Below are positions 1 through 12,820 of a stretch of 64,000 nucleotides of DNA, piece by piece (position 1 is the first letter of the stretch; every line of letters begins with the position of its first letter). Where the stretch lies: assembly GCA_020137815.1 (NCBI GenBank), contig CM035360.1, positions 1,798,001-1,862,000 on the forward strand. The letters are read 5' to 3'. The notes under the pieces are model-generated. The model had not been told where the DNA came from. It made no database searches and saw only the letters and a program-made list of their open reading frames with translations. Source of the DNA: Hormiphora californensis (lineage: Eukaryota > Animalia > Ctenophora). The translations under genes and the position numbers were made by a program.

Positions 1-2364
1 TCCGTATGTGAGATCGATCTCAGTCGCGCGCGACGTCGATTTCACTCAGGTGTCCATATATCACCAAAACCTACTGTAGCCTGTTTGCAAGGTAGAGATG
101 TAGGGAGAGAAAGATAGAGAGAGAGACATAGAAAGACAAAAAGGTTGATTGTAACCTACTGTAAGCAAGGTAAAGAGATTGATTGTAGTTATCGGTAACG
201 TTGGCATCGATCTCGTTATAGACATGGCCCGAGGCATCGTTAACACTTTCATTGAGCCGTTTACTGAGTGTATCGATAAAGATATCCCTGTAGTTGTCCA
301 GAAACATGGTGGTGAATTGCTGAAATTTTAAATAGATTTATTAGTTCTTGGTACATTATTAAAATTACTCGGAAGATATACGCATTATGACATCTTTGTA
401 GCTGCATATATTATCAGGGACACGGCATTTACTATTTAGATATGGACAGACTGCTCAGTTGACATTTGACACACTGATAACACTCATTGAGACATCTTGG
501 ATGTTGAACAGCCCCCTTCCTCTCCGGCCTAAGGACAGATCATTGAACCATGATCGTAGATGGTCTAATACCACCCCATCCCTCCACTTACCCTCCATCC
601 CCTTCACTTACCCTCCCTCCCCTTGCCCTCCCTCCACTTACCCTCCCCCTCCCTCCACTTACCAACTCTCCCCTTCACTTACCGCCTCAGCATCTTTAGT
701 AAAGTTGTGTGCCTTGTCCACAATCCACTTTATCTGGTTAGAGGCTTCCACAACGTTGTTAGTAATGTGAATATTCGCCACCCACGCTATGAGACATCCC
801 ATCCTGAGATGAGGGTTAGTTTGGTGTTTTCAATTAATTTTTTGTTGTTTTAAAAATGTTTCTCGGGATGCGAGATGAAGGTAGACTTTAGACTTTAGTA
901 GGAAGAAGAGGAAAGAAGGGTAAAACTTGCAAGATATATGTTAAGAGGGATATCTAACAAACTAAACGCGTTAAAACATGTTACTAACATGACGAATACG
1001 GTAAAGGTACAGATAAGGAATGTAAGAATGAATCTTGTCGGTCCTTCACTGTCCGCTATCCTCTGCTCCTTCACTTCCTCGATGTTACCTGCACAGGGGT
1101 TTTTAATTCAAATCATTAGTCATTAGTTGATATAGTGGTTGATTGTTATGGAGACAGAGCAAAGTTACTAAAGCCTACCGCTATACTACTACGAAGACCG
1201 GGACTCACAGAGGAGGAATTTCGTTTCCAAACCCATCGTATAATATGGTATTTTCTACATTGTAGTAGAATCTACAAGATGCCCCCTCCTCCTCCCAACC
1301 CTCTTACCCGTTAGTTTCATGGACCAGAAGATGATATACGCAATGAGAATGATGGTGGCAACTACCACTGCAACGGTTACAATGGCTACGTACGCCAGCT
1401 GGTACTCCATGATATCCAGGTACTTGGTTGTGGTGTTTAGTGGTGACGTATCCACGGCCAACTGGACAGTCTCTGGGAATGGGAATCAGTTTTTATATTG
1501 CACTAATTAGTAAACTGTATGAGAGTGAGGTACAAATTAACTCTAACGCGAACGGTGGGCATAAAGGTGTAGAAACCTCTTCATAGCGAATAATTTATAT
1601 TTCGAAGAGCTGATAGTCAAAATTAATCGAATTTTACAAAGAAAACTAAAACAATATACATATTAACATGTACTACAACTGTTTACTGTGAACATGGGAC
1701 TTGTCACCCAAAATATGTGTATTTACAGCACTCGACTCATACAGTTCACGGTCATCCTCAATAAATAGTTTTACGTTGTAGTTGATGTAACTTACTAACT
1801 TACCAAAGAGTGTCTTTCTCTTCAAAGCGGTAAGGAAGCTATCACCGATACTTTTTACTGCTTTCAGCTGTCCAACATTGTAAACAGTTCCTGCAGTGTC
1901 CGAGATCTCGGGCATCTCCTTATACACAGACAGCTCTTTGGCACACGTTTCGTAATTGTAGCTCTTTGATGCACTAAAATGTAGTGGGTTAGTGAGTGTA
2001 GAGGAAGCTTTTTATCGGAATTGTGCGAGAAAATTGTTGCTTTTTGTACCTGAATTGGATCCGAAGGAGGCGGCGAGCTACCATAAGTTTCTGAAAAGGC
2101 TTCTGAAAAAAATTAATAAATTGTGCTTAAATGAATAAAAAAGCTTTCATGAATCAGAATTGATATTGAGGAAAAATGGGGAATAATGCCACAACGGAAA
2201 TTGGAAATTTAGTCATCTCACTTGGGCCATACGCTCCAATCATCCAATTTTTCAGAGTCAAAGGGGAAGATCTGCCGCTTTGCACGGGGTAAATTCCTGA
2301 GGTCCCACCATGCCACACAGCCAGCGAGGAGGGAGGCGAGGATTAGGCAACTGGAGAGTCGCAT
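1..2364 (-). CDS. Multi-exon signal-peptide membrane protein, possibly a divergent ionotropic glutamate receptor-like channel; 3' end runs off the window
   Basis: ATG 2364 encodes a signal peptide MRLSSCLILASLLAGCVA. Likely exons near 2050-2090, 1680-1973, 1308-1470 (TM YVAIVTVAVVVATIILIAYIIFW), 989-1088 plus 682-803 (TM RFILTFLICTFTVFVMMGCLIAWVANI, M3-like) and 160-319 plus about 45-73 (NYNQSLYLAYIGFGDIWTPE, resembles a periplasmic-binding-protein S2 motif). Several junctions are phase-consistent, others unresolved. The family call is inference. Confidence 0.4.
575..685 (-). repeat. Intronic tandem repeat made of reiterated splice donors (GTAAGTGGAGGG...)
   Basis: About five units of ccctccacttacc on +, immediately beyond the real donor at about 681. 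Confidence 0.8.
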
Positions 2365-2942
2365 GTTGTGGAGTTTCTATTTCATGGTGCCTATTACAAT
2401 TTGGTATCGTTAGTTAACATTTCTGTAAGTACATTATATATAATATATCAAATTCATGATAATGGACTTAGAAGAACATTTGTGAAAATTCTCAAAAATG
2501 TAAATGGTTTGGGTAAGAGGTCCCCTCTCTTTTTGGGAAGGGGGTAAGAGAGAATGAGTGAAAAGTTCTCTCCTTCACTCGCCCCCATCGCGAACTACTA
2601 GACGAAGCACGCACGATATCGTGAGAGATAAGGACAGCAAAGGAGGGAGAGAAAAGAGGGGATATCATACCCAAGTTATTAGCTTGATTGTTCTAGTGGT
2701 CGTTAGCCGACCTCGATTCAGACGATAATTTGAACACACGTCATGGCCATATAGTTGTTTTCTAGAAAGGGAGTCCAGCTGTGTGAATGTTTGGTGCTAT
2801 TTTCGGGTCACCTCCCTAGTCCCAAAGAATACGTAAACGCTAAACGCTTAAATATATATAAATCAGACAGATCCTTGTGTTGAAGACTTTATAAGGAGAA
2901 ACCCATCCAGATAAGCAAATAGTTGTTTGTGTACAATTTGAT

Positions 2943-3927
2943 ATGAAGGTTATATCTCTGTTGTTTTGGTTTGCTGGGTCAGCTGTCTGTGATGGTGAGT
3001 CATATGGCATGGAACCATGCCATGAAACTCTTCAAAGAAATAAAATAAATTGTCTTCGTTCAAAGTGAACATCTTTTAAAGATTCTTTTTCACAGATTTT
3101 CTGGACACGATACAGTTCAGTGACTGGATGGAGAAGCCAGCAGATCAGAGCACCCAACTGACAGCATGGGTTCAGGACAAGGTGTTTCAAATTGAAACAA
3201 ACAAAGCAGTTGATAGCGACGGTATAAGGTGAAATTGTAAACTATAAAATATTATTTTTTAAAACCTCTGACAAGTGATTTACTGTCTGGAATCAAATGG
3301 GGTATGGTGCCGAAATAAAGGTGATTTATGAGTTTTTTCAGTTTTTCATTCTTCTGCAGGTGGAAGATTAAAAATGTTAGCAGTGGCGGAAACAAATATT
3401 TCATTGTCAGTTCTGATAAAATAGACAGTAAATATTGTGACGCTCACAGTTTATACGGGTCTGAAGAATTCCTCGGCAGTGCTGGTCAAATCAGTTTTCT
3501 CAAAAGTATGTCTCCAATATTTTATCTCTTTATGTTTGCTATTTTCTAGCTACCATTTCTTCCAGAAAACCATTATAAGTCCTTTTCTAGCTAACTTATA
3601 ATTTCATGTTTTCTAGATGCCTCAACTCTAAGAATCTGGTTTAATGGAGTCCTGCAAGTTACCTGGACCTTTACTTCAAATGGCAAGGGGATGTGTGGTT
3701 TGATACCTGAACTGCTGGGGTTCACATTTCGAAGTAATTCAGGGGGCAACGATACGATAACAGACCGTTACAGATATGAGATAGGGAGGACTGAATTTGA
3801 GGGAAAAACCGGTATGAAGTTTCGAACTGTTTTCTTTTTTATTCTTCTGAGTCTCTTTTCGGCAGGGAAAAATTATGCAATTTATTTATTAGGTTTTAAC
3901 ATAGATATAATGCACTTACAATTATAA
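2943..3927 (+). CDS. Small secreted protein, paralogue A of three (unknown lineage-specific domain)
   Basis: Exons 2943-2994 (signal peptide MKVISLLFWFAGSAVCD), 3096-3228, 3360-3505, 3617-3811 and a tentative terminal exon 3905-3927. All GT-AG and phase-consistent, homologous to the copies at 12821 and 16485. Confidence 0.8.
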
Positions 3928-4139
3928 TATGTACATTGTACAGACAAGAAAAGCAGTATTTCATGCCATGAAGTTCATGGTGTTATGAATATGCATAGGG
4001 AGGATGGGTGAAAACCAAAAATAGACTTGTTTTGTTCAAACCCATTTCATTAATTTTGAAAGTCGGGTTTAGCTAGGAAAAATAGACAATGCTGTGGAGG
4101 GAGAGTGGGGAAGGAGGAAGGAGAGCGATGGGAAAGAGC

Positions 4140-4757
<618 letters not shown>

Positions 4758-5068
4758 CGAGTAACCGACCATTGGTAATCGGCGGTTAGAGAGGGAAGGG
4801 CGGTTGATTTGTACTATATTTTTGGAATAAATCTCTCCCTCCTATTCACCTTCAGAACGCTACGAAGTTTCTTTTCAACGGGTTTCGGCTCCTCTCCGCT
4901 GTTTTAGGAGGGATGGGTTGAGATTGGTTGATGATTTATTTTCGGGTCTGGGGCCTTCCCACACATAGTATGGAATTCAATTCAGGTGACCTACAACTAT
5001 GGCTCATGCAACTATGGCTCATAGAATCTATGAGCCATAGATGCATGCAACTATGGCTCATAGATTTA

Positions 5069-5249
5069 AACCCGCACACACCAGCGGCCGTTAAAATTTC
5101 TCTCCCCCATTCAAAAAGTAACGATCTCACGCGCGATTTTGACGGTGTGTTAAAATTTTGTCATTCAACGCGACCGTCAAAATCGTGCGTGAGATTGTTA
5201 CTTTTAGAATGGGGAGAGAAATTTTAACGGCCGCTGGTGTGTGCGGGTT
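5069..5249. mobile_element. Hairpin MITE
   Basis: Near-perfect palindrome aacccgcacacaccagcggccg...cggccgctggtgtgtgcgggtt. Confidence 0.8.
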
Positions 5250-5414
5250 AAAATCAAAATTTTAATTTGTGTGAATGGGCACTGACAACAGCGGGAGGGA
5301 ATTATTTGATACACCATAGTAGACTGCGGGAAATATCAGCAGGGGGGGTGGTTTATAATAATGTATGCTAGAAAGATTTCTCTTTCCCTCTCTTAAGAGA
5401 ACGAATAGTTATAG

Positions 5415-5808
5415 ATTAAGTCCAAAAACCAATTAAATAAATTAGTTTGGATGCCCGGGCCCATGTGGTGTCACGGGGGTAACACCTATAGGCTACTGCC
5501 ATAATTAACGGCATATCTCGTTAATTGTTAATTGTTATCTTTCAATCTGTCTATCTCTATCTATCTCTCTGTCTATCTCTATCTATCTCTCTCTCTCTCT
5601 GTTACTCTCACTGTTACTTTCACTATATCTCTCGCTCTTATTTTTCTCTCCGTCTTTCTTGATTATATCTCACTCTCTATCCTAATTTCTTTTGCCTTTA
5701 TTTCTCGATATCCATCATTTATGACAGTAGCTTATAGGTGTTACCCCCGTGACACCACATGGGCCCGGGCATCCAAACTAATTTATTTAATTGGTTTTTG
5801 GACTTAAT
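5415..5808. mobile_element. MITE with roughly 90-bp TIRs
   Basis: attaagtccaaaaaccaatt...ctactgccataa at 5415-5504 is the inverted copy of about 5719-5808. Confidence 0.8.
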
Positions 5809-5937
5809 TTCTATTCTTTTTGGTGTAAAATAGAAAAAAGTTTTTTTTCTGTTTTCAGCATATTTTCGAATTTGAATATTGTAGAACAGTGTTTAATCAT
5901 GTAGAACAGAGTTTAATTGACAATTTGAGAAGTATTT

Positions 5938-6355
5938 CATAAATATGCGAATAACGCCGTAACCGTTTGAAATAGAGATTTTTGTTCAGGGGACGACCCC
6001 CCATAAATCGACAATTTTGCGTCGAAATATGACCATAAAACCGTTCTAGGACCAGTTAAAGTGGAAATATTCAGAATATACATTTAATTATGAATCGGTG
6101 CATAAATATGCAAACAACGGCTAAACGGTGCGAGATACGACTTTTTGTCCGGGGGACGACCCCCCACAAATCAGCTATTCTGCGTCAAAATATGTCCATG
6201 AAAACGTTCTAGGACCAGCCGAAGTGAAAATATTGAAAATATGCATAAAATCGTGAATCGGTGCATAAATATGCAAATAACGGCTTAACGGTGCGAGATA
6301 GAGCTTTTTCTCCCGAGTAAGACCCCCCATAAATCGACCATTCCGCGTCGAATAA
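5938..6355. repeat. Diverged tandem repeat, period about 163 bp, about 2.6 copies
   Basis: cataaatatgc recurs at 5938, 6101 and 6263, with shared downstream motifs (gacccccca, ttctaggaccag). Confidence 0.75.
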
Positions 6356-6431
6356 GACCGGTTTCAAGTCTTTATGACCTTCGAGTCGTGTCATATCGCA
6401 ACCATGGTTAAAATGAATATTTAATGACTAA

Positions 6432-7872
6432 TTAATAATAATAATAATAATAATATTCCGCGCTTGTATACCGCCCATACCCGACGGAAACATGTCAAAA
6501 TATTGGCGATGCTCCGTCGAGTCATCAGAGCGGTATATCCTCGATTAAATATATGACACACACGAACACTCTGGTTGAAAAAAGAACAATATATTGTAAG
6601 ACTAAATTAACTGGACATATAAAACTGAAGGATAAACTGGTCCCATAAACCTGTAGCTATAAATTAAACACACTTTACTTACACCTGCTAGGAAAAAGGA
6701 TACTAGGTAGTGAAATAATAACATGGCTAGAGAGAGGTTGACACTGATTGCCCGCAGGCCCCACAACTACAACAAACATTACAACTCAGTCATGGGTTCC
6801 CCATCACCCACTCCAAATGCACCAACGAAGAGATGTGTTTTCAGGCGGGCCTTGAAGGTTTCGACGTTGGGGATTGACCTAAGCTCAAGGGGTAGTCCAT
6901 TCCAAACATTAGGTAGAAATACCGATAGTCTCCTGCGTCTCAACTTAGAGTTGGCGTTGATACTGGTCATCTTCGGGTGTTTCAATCTGTACGGATCAGT
7001 AACACTAGTCATCCTTGTTGTCCTGGAGATACCCCAACTGTCATCAAGTGGCACCATTTCCTGGAGGTAACGGGGTGCTGTTCCATAGACTATCTTGTAG
7101 GCGATTAGACAGGCTTTGAAGTCCAGCCTGTAGGAGATCGGTAAAATATGACACTTCCTGAAGTATTCCATGTAATCCTCTTGGTGCCCATGGATGTTGA
7201 ATATGAAGCGAACACAGGCGTTAAGGAGTTTCTGGAGCCCACTGAGAACTCGGCCAGGAAGTCCATAATACAGAATGTTACTGTAGTCAATCCTCGAAAT
7301 GATCAATTGTTTGACCAACATTATCTTTGTTGTGACATCAAAACATTTGTGTAGTTGCCATAGGTTCCGTAATACCAGTCCACACTGTTTCCTCACATTA
7401 TTAACCTGACGTTCGAGATTTAGATTGTGATCCAAGAGAATTCCCAGGGTTTTACCATCTGTTCCACTGCATTCACTAGGGAAAATTTCCGTTCCCCCAA
7501 AGCTGATGACTGGATCAAAAGAGACTTTACTTAACGAACTGCGCTTTCCAAGCAGGATGAATTCTGTCTTAGCCTCGTTGCATTTTAACCACTGTCCTAC
7601 CATCCACCTCTTTACCCTCGCTAAACACTCCTCAATATCCACCTTTGCCTCAGACCAGCCAGTAGAATCCGTAGGGACCAGACTCACATAGAGCTGGGAG
7701 TCATCCGCATATAGCTTTATCCGAAGACCATAAGGTTCCACAATATCTTGCACAGCTTCAATATAAAGTAGAAACAAAATTGGACCAAGAAGGGACCCCT
7801 GGGGTACTCCACATAGTAAGGCCAGGGTATCCGAGAGACAATCACCGACTGAGACTCTGAATGATCTAGAAC
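6432..7872 (-). mobile_element. 5'-truncated L2/CR1-group LINE (RT C-terminal half)
   Basis: ORF 6779-7777 extends upstream to GVPQGSLLGPILF, with YADD and SRIDYSN motifs. (TTA)n tail at 6432-6455. Possible 15-bp TSD taatga(c/a)taattaat at 6422 and 7873. Confidence 0.9.
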
Positions 7873-9074
7873 TAATGAATAATTAATGAACTATGGCGAT
7901 TTCGAAGTTCTCACACAGCTATTACCGAGCGCAATGATGTAAGGAACCACTGTTCCAAACGGCAAGTCTCTACTATTTGTGGTTTAGGAGAACACTCAAA
8001 GATAAAAAAGCGTCCTCCTCCCCCTCCCCCTCCCCCCTCCCCTCCCCCTCCTTACATTTTTGCATTTTGGGACCCCTCTGGCAAATTTTTACCTTACATC
8101 CGATCGTTCTGAAAATTTGCATGCCTCTTCTCCTATATGAGGGCCCTTAGAGTACAAAATTTCAGCTCTCTACTCCATCTGGAACATGCTTTTTTAAAGC
8201 ATCAAAAACCTCGAAATCTGCAATGGTATATAGTAGCACTGGCAGGTTTTCACGCGCTTGTGTGTAGAAGTGTTGCGTGTACTTTCTCTTTTGTTTTTGG
8301 AGTTAGAGGGTATTTCTAAGGTGGGGGCTCTGCCCCCACACCCCCGTTTATGGTGGGGGCTGTGCCCCCACACCCCCCTTTTGGGCCCGGGGCACTTGCC
8401 AGTGCTATGATTATGGATAATTATAGATTAAGGATAATTATAGAGAGAGAGGAATTCCTCTCTCTCTCTCTCTATAATTATCCTAACGCCCGGATAGCTC
8501 CAATAATTCATAATCTATAACTATTCGTTCCAATTCTATTATTTTCTATGTCTCTTTTCTATGCCTCTCACTTTAGTTATTATAACCCATTATAACAATG
8601 GCATTGTCTAAGATATTCTGCGAATTAACTCCTCTGATCTTACCGGAATGCTCGCGGGAAAGGGTTTTGCCCGGTAAATCGGAGTCAAATCATATATCGG
8701 GAGAAGTGTATCCTCCCGGTAAAATTAAATCGGGGTTCCGGTAAATCGGGTTCCGACTCTAGTAAAATTTTATTGTATTAGCGCACCCGTTGGGTGCACC
8801 TCAAGTAAGGGCTTCTTGATAACCCACCCGGCTTCGCCGGGTGGTTCTTTTCGCCCCTTTCAACAGCAATAACACGGTTGCCATGGCAACTGAATCGGTA
8901 ACTATGGGGACTGGCATGTAAAAAGTCATTCGAAAATATTAACAAAAAGTGTGAATGACAGCTTTACAGCTTTGGTCACATAAAGTGTTTTATGAAGGAG
9001 CAGTCTGTCGCTTAGATACCGCCTAACGAACGGCCACTTCGACGTCGTTCATCTCCAAATTATAATAGAGATGA

Positions 9075-9600
9075 CTAGTAGGCCCGTTCGCCCCACGGGC
9101 GAATTTCGGGGAAATGGTAGCTTGATTAGGGAACGCTGACATCACCTGCACCATCCGTTCCTAGCCTATCTCTCACTTTCTCCCTACCCATGTTGTTGTA
9201 CGCTCTGGGCTTCCTGACAATGTCAAGGTGCGAATTTAAGAGATCAATGTCAGGGAGGTGCAGTGCTGTTCGTGAAAACTTGGCCGCTATGTAGCCGATT
9301 CGGAGATTTCTATATTCGACTGGAGTAATCACCCTTGGGCGACGTTGGGTAAAGCTATCAGTAGTCGTTGATTGGCTCGCTTGAACACGTTGGCGTAATC
9401 TGACATATTCTCTAGCCTGCTCCCTGATAGCAGCAGTTCTCCTGGACCTAGATAAACGTTGCCTAATAGCGCTTGGGGTGGAAGAGCTAGACATCAGGAC
9501 AGAAGTAAAAGAATGCACGTGCAGAATTGGTACCCAACTGCAACTGGGAGAGAGGTCTCCAGGTCCCTCTAATAATTGCACGTGCAAGTGTAGTTGCTAG
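9075..9600 (-). mobile_element. Non-autonomous Helitron remnant (left boundary is its 3' end; right boundary approximate)
   Basis: On the minus strand, hairpin ttcgccc-nnn-gggcgaa lies 8 nt before CTAG|T. About 80 bp is shared with 13755-13829. The Arg-rich ORF 9126-9587 resembles the ORF at 13244-13651. Confidence 0.6.
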
Positions 9601-9636
9601 GTGACCTCTGTCACACAATTTGCTTAGTAAGTAGTA

Positions 9637-11394
9637 TGATTGTCAATGCTTTGATCGGTGCTCTCCATGAATTTTCAGAGAAAAAGATATTTTGAAATTC
9701 GAATTCTTCCTCACCCCGCTTAAGGGTACACCTGGCGTTTTTCATCATCGAGTGCCCAACCAAATGACTTCACCAGGGTTTAGGCCATACAAAATGGACC
9801 TCAAATATGCAATTTTAGCCCTAAAGTCGAATTCATATTTTTGCTACAGCCTATTTTCAAAGTGGCGTTTTTTCAATTTTTGGTGGAATTTTTAACCTCA
9901 GGACCACTTTTTTTGAGATAGAAACATTAAATTCTTGGAATTTGAAGAGAATATAAAGGTAAATAAGCCCAAAGAAGGATTTTTGAAATGGAGCTTATTT
10001 CTGGCCATGAGAACGGTTTACTTTTTTGCTTCTTTGACACGGTGGCTGAGAATGTTCCCATGCTTCATTAGAGATGAAAATCTGGAAATAGTTGCTCAAA
10101 ACGATTATCTATGTGGCCCAAAAATTTTGGAACTTTCCCGCCAAAGATGTGGTGTACAGGGCTTGTTTTGTGAAACCCATCTTTTTGAAAAAGAGGGAAA
10201 TTCCCTGTATCTCAAAAACGGATGATCGTAGAGACCTGCGACCAAGCTTAATCGATTCAGAAGGTCCGATTTTGGGGGGGTCTTCTGAGAGACATTTTGC
10301 TCCTACTCCAACCGTTTTTGCTGTACTTGCAAAAAACCAATTCTATGAAAAGGGGGAACAACTCTATTCCAGTAGCCTGCTTCGGGCTGATTTCCCCCTT
10401 ACTTACTGATACCTTTTTCGCAATTACAGCAAAAACGGTTGGAGTAGGAGCAAAATGTCTCTCAGAAGACCCCCCCAAAATCGGACCTTCTGAATCGATT
10501 AAGCTTGGTCGCAGGTCTCTACGATCATCCGTTTTTGAGATACAGGGAATTTCCCTCTTTTTCAAAAAGATGGGTTTCACAAAACAAGCCCTGTACACCA
10601 CATCTTTGGCGGGAAAGTTCCAAAATTTTTGGGCCACATAGATAATCGTTTTGAGCAACTATTTCCAGATTTTCATCTCTAATGAAGCATGGGAACATTC
10701 TCAGCCACCGTGTCAAAGAAGCAAAAAAGTAAACCGTTCTCATGGCCAGAAATAAGCTCCATTTCAAAAATCCTTCTTTGGGCTTATTTACCTTTATATT
10801 CTCTTCAAATTCCAAGAATTTAATGTTTCTATCTCAAAAAAAGTGGTCCTGAGGTTAAAAATTCCACCAAAAATTGAAAAAACGCCACTTTGAAAATAGG
10901 CTGTAGCAAAAATATGAATTCGACTTTAGGGCTAAAATTGCATATTTGAGGTCCATTTTGTATGGCCTAAACCCTGGTGAAGTCATTTGGTTGGGCACTC
11001 GATGATGAAAAACGCCAGGTGTACCCTTAAAGTGCCCCGATTAGGCATGCAATGGTATCACGTATCGGTTCGTTTCGAACCGTCTAATTAGCAGCAAGAC
11101 ATGCGATACGATGCACTGATTCGATAAACGATTCGGACGTGGTTGAACTTCAGAAAATTTTTATAACTTTTTTTGATTTTTTTAAATTATTTTCTTTTTC
11201 TAATCAGAAATGGTCATGTAATCATGGACATTGCATGGACATTGCATTTAACACTTAGAGGTGTTTTAGTATAGCATTTTGGACAAAAATAGGGTTTTAT
11301 GGGCCAAATATGCTCTACCCCGATTTAACGGACACCCCGATTTAACGGACAAAACCCTTTCCCCCGGGGGTGCCGTTAAATCGGGGTCCGACTG
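9637..11394. mobile_element. Left-truncated copy of the cagtcggaccccgattta (TA-flanked, Tc1/mariner-pogo-like) element, interrupted by a foldback
   Basis: 9637-9723 and 11027-11394 are collinear with about 41947-42383. Confidence 0.85.
9724..11026. mobile_element. 1.3-kb foldback DNA transposon with TTAA target-site duplication (Kolobok-like, non-autonomous)
   Basis: Arms of about 600 bp (9724-10325 and 10425-11026), termini GGGTACACC...GGTGTACCC, TTAA on both sides. An empty site with a single TTAA is at 42030-42033. Confidence 0.9.
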
Positions 11395-11918
11395 TAGTAT
11401 GATTGTGCTCATTCAATATTATATGATTCGATCTCTCACGGGCCTCTCACGGGCCACTCACACCAGTTTCAACTTCGTACGATAACTACAACCGATTCTA
11501 TGATCGTTCAAAAATGCGTTACGGTCGTTAAGTCAACGCCAAAAAAAGGCTTTTTTTGGCATATTATGCATCATAATTCAGCTCAGTGATGCATAATTAT
11601 CATAATATTTAGTAATTCAGTAGTTCAGACATTTTCTGACAGTTTGGTACCAAAATTAACAAAATTGGCCAATGTTTAGGTGGTCTACGGACCTGTACAA
11701 AATTTCCAAACTCGAGGTGTCAATTTGGTGAGACACACCCACGTGTCACTCACGTGTCACTCACTCTCACTAGCTTTGGCTCATAGAACCTAATCAGATC
11801 ACATTTCTATGAGCCATAGTTGTATGCATCTATGGCTCATAGAATCTATGAGCCATAGTTGCATGCATCTATGGCTCATAGATTCTATGAGCCATAGTTG
11901 CATGAGCCATAGTTGTAG

Positions 11919-12635
11919 TTGGTAACGAAGTTACCCCTCCCTTGCCGGCGCGGCGTGCGAAGCACGCCAAACGAAGGCCGCGAAGCGGCCTGAGTAGGGG
12001 TAACAAACCCGCTTTGATTCACTTCAAAAATTAATAGCTCCTCAACCACTCACTGAAAATGCACCAAATTTTGGTATTCCCCACCAAATTGTCTGAAAAT
12101 TATAATTCTGTACTCATATTTGAAAAATTATCCCCGGAACCTTGGTTTTGAAATCAGTTTTAGGTGTTAATGATGAAAAAAAAATTTGAAAAAGTAGGTC
12201 AGGTATGCTCAACATCATAACAAAGATCGTGGCAAAGTTTGAAGTTTCTATCTTTAAAGGTCTGGCCATCAAAATTAAAAAGGTCTTGAAGTTGAACCAT
12301 TTGTACAAAACATGTTGTAACTCAGCTTCTACTTTGCCAAATTAAACCTGGTTTGAAACACTGAACTGCTAATCTATCCCTCCGAATACGGACGAAGTTT
12401 GAAACCGCCAGCTCTATTGGCCGCTCTGCAATACTTGTTTGTGTCAAAGAAATCAGGAAAGTAACGAGATTTGGTCTCGGTGTGGCCCTGTGCGCGGCTC
12501 AAACCCCTTAGGCTAGAACTATGTAGTGTAGACTACAACTTTTCAGTGCTCAGTATGACGCTTTGGGCGCGTTATAAAAATATGGTAAGCGGGTCAGATA
12601 CCTCTAAACAGAGTGTGAGGTGTCTTCGATACCAA
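11919..12635. mobile_element. Non-autonomous DNA element with 12-bp TIRs and a 9-bp TSD
   Basis: ttggtaacgaag...cttcgataccaa, with tagttgtag duplicated at 11910-11918 and 12636-12644. Confidence 0.8.
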
Positions 12636-12820
12636 TAGTTGTAGGTAATCTTGTCTCTGTTTATATCAAGTAGGCAAGAGATTATAATGCACCTCTTATT
12701 CTTTTATTTCTTGCTTAGAAATGATATTGTTGATTCAGTCCTGTTGCACACCGCCTAGAACCGTCACATAGAGAGAGTGCTCTGTGACATGGTTCGGTAG
12801 ATCACCTCTCACAGTTTGAT

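Larger units (their letters stand above)
4989..12646. mobile_element. Putative outer TIR element whose arms are arrays of the semi-palindrome ctatggctcatag; encloses the TE nest
   Basis: 4989-5065 is the reverse complement of about 11844-11918, which continues at 12636-12646 after a nested insertion. Confidence 0.45.

Noticed and set aside
57-80. K+ channel filter-like ATVGFGD on the minus strand
   Set aside because: It needs a phase-0 junction, but the good upstream donor is phase 1 and gives LAYIGFGD without the Thr; the surrounding topology does not fit a K+ channel well
9935-10815. Pairs of identical ORFs on opposite strands
   Set aside because: A mirror consequence of the palindrome; no transposase motifs
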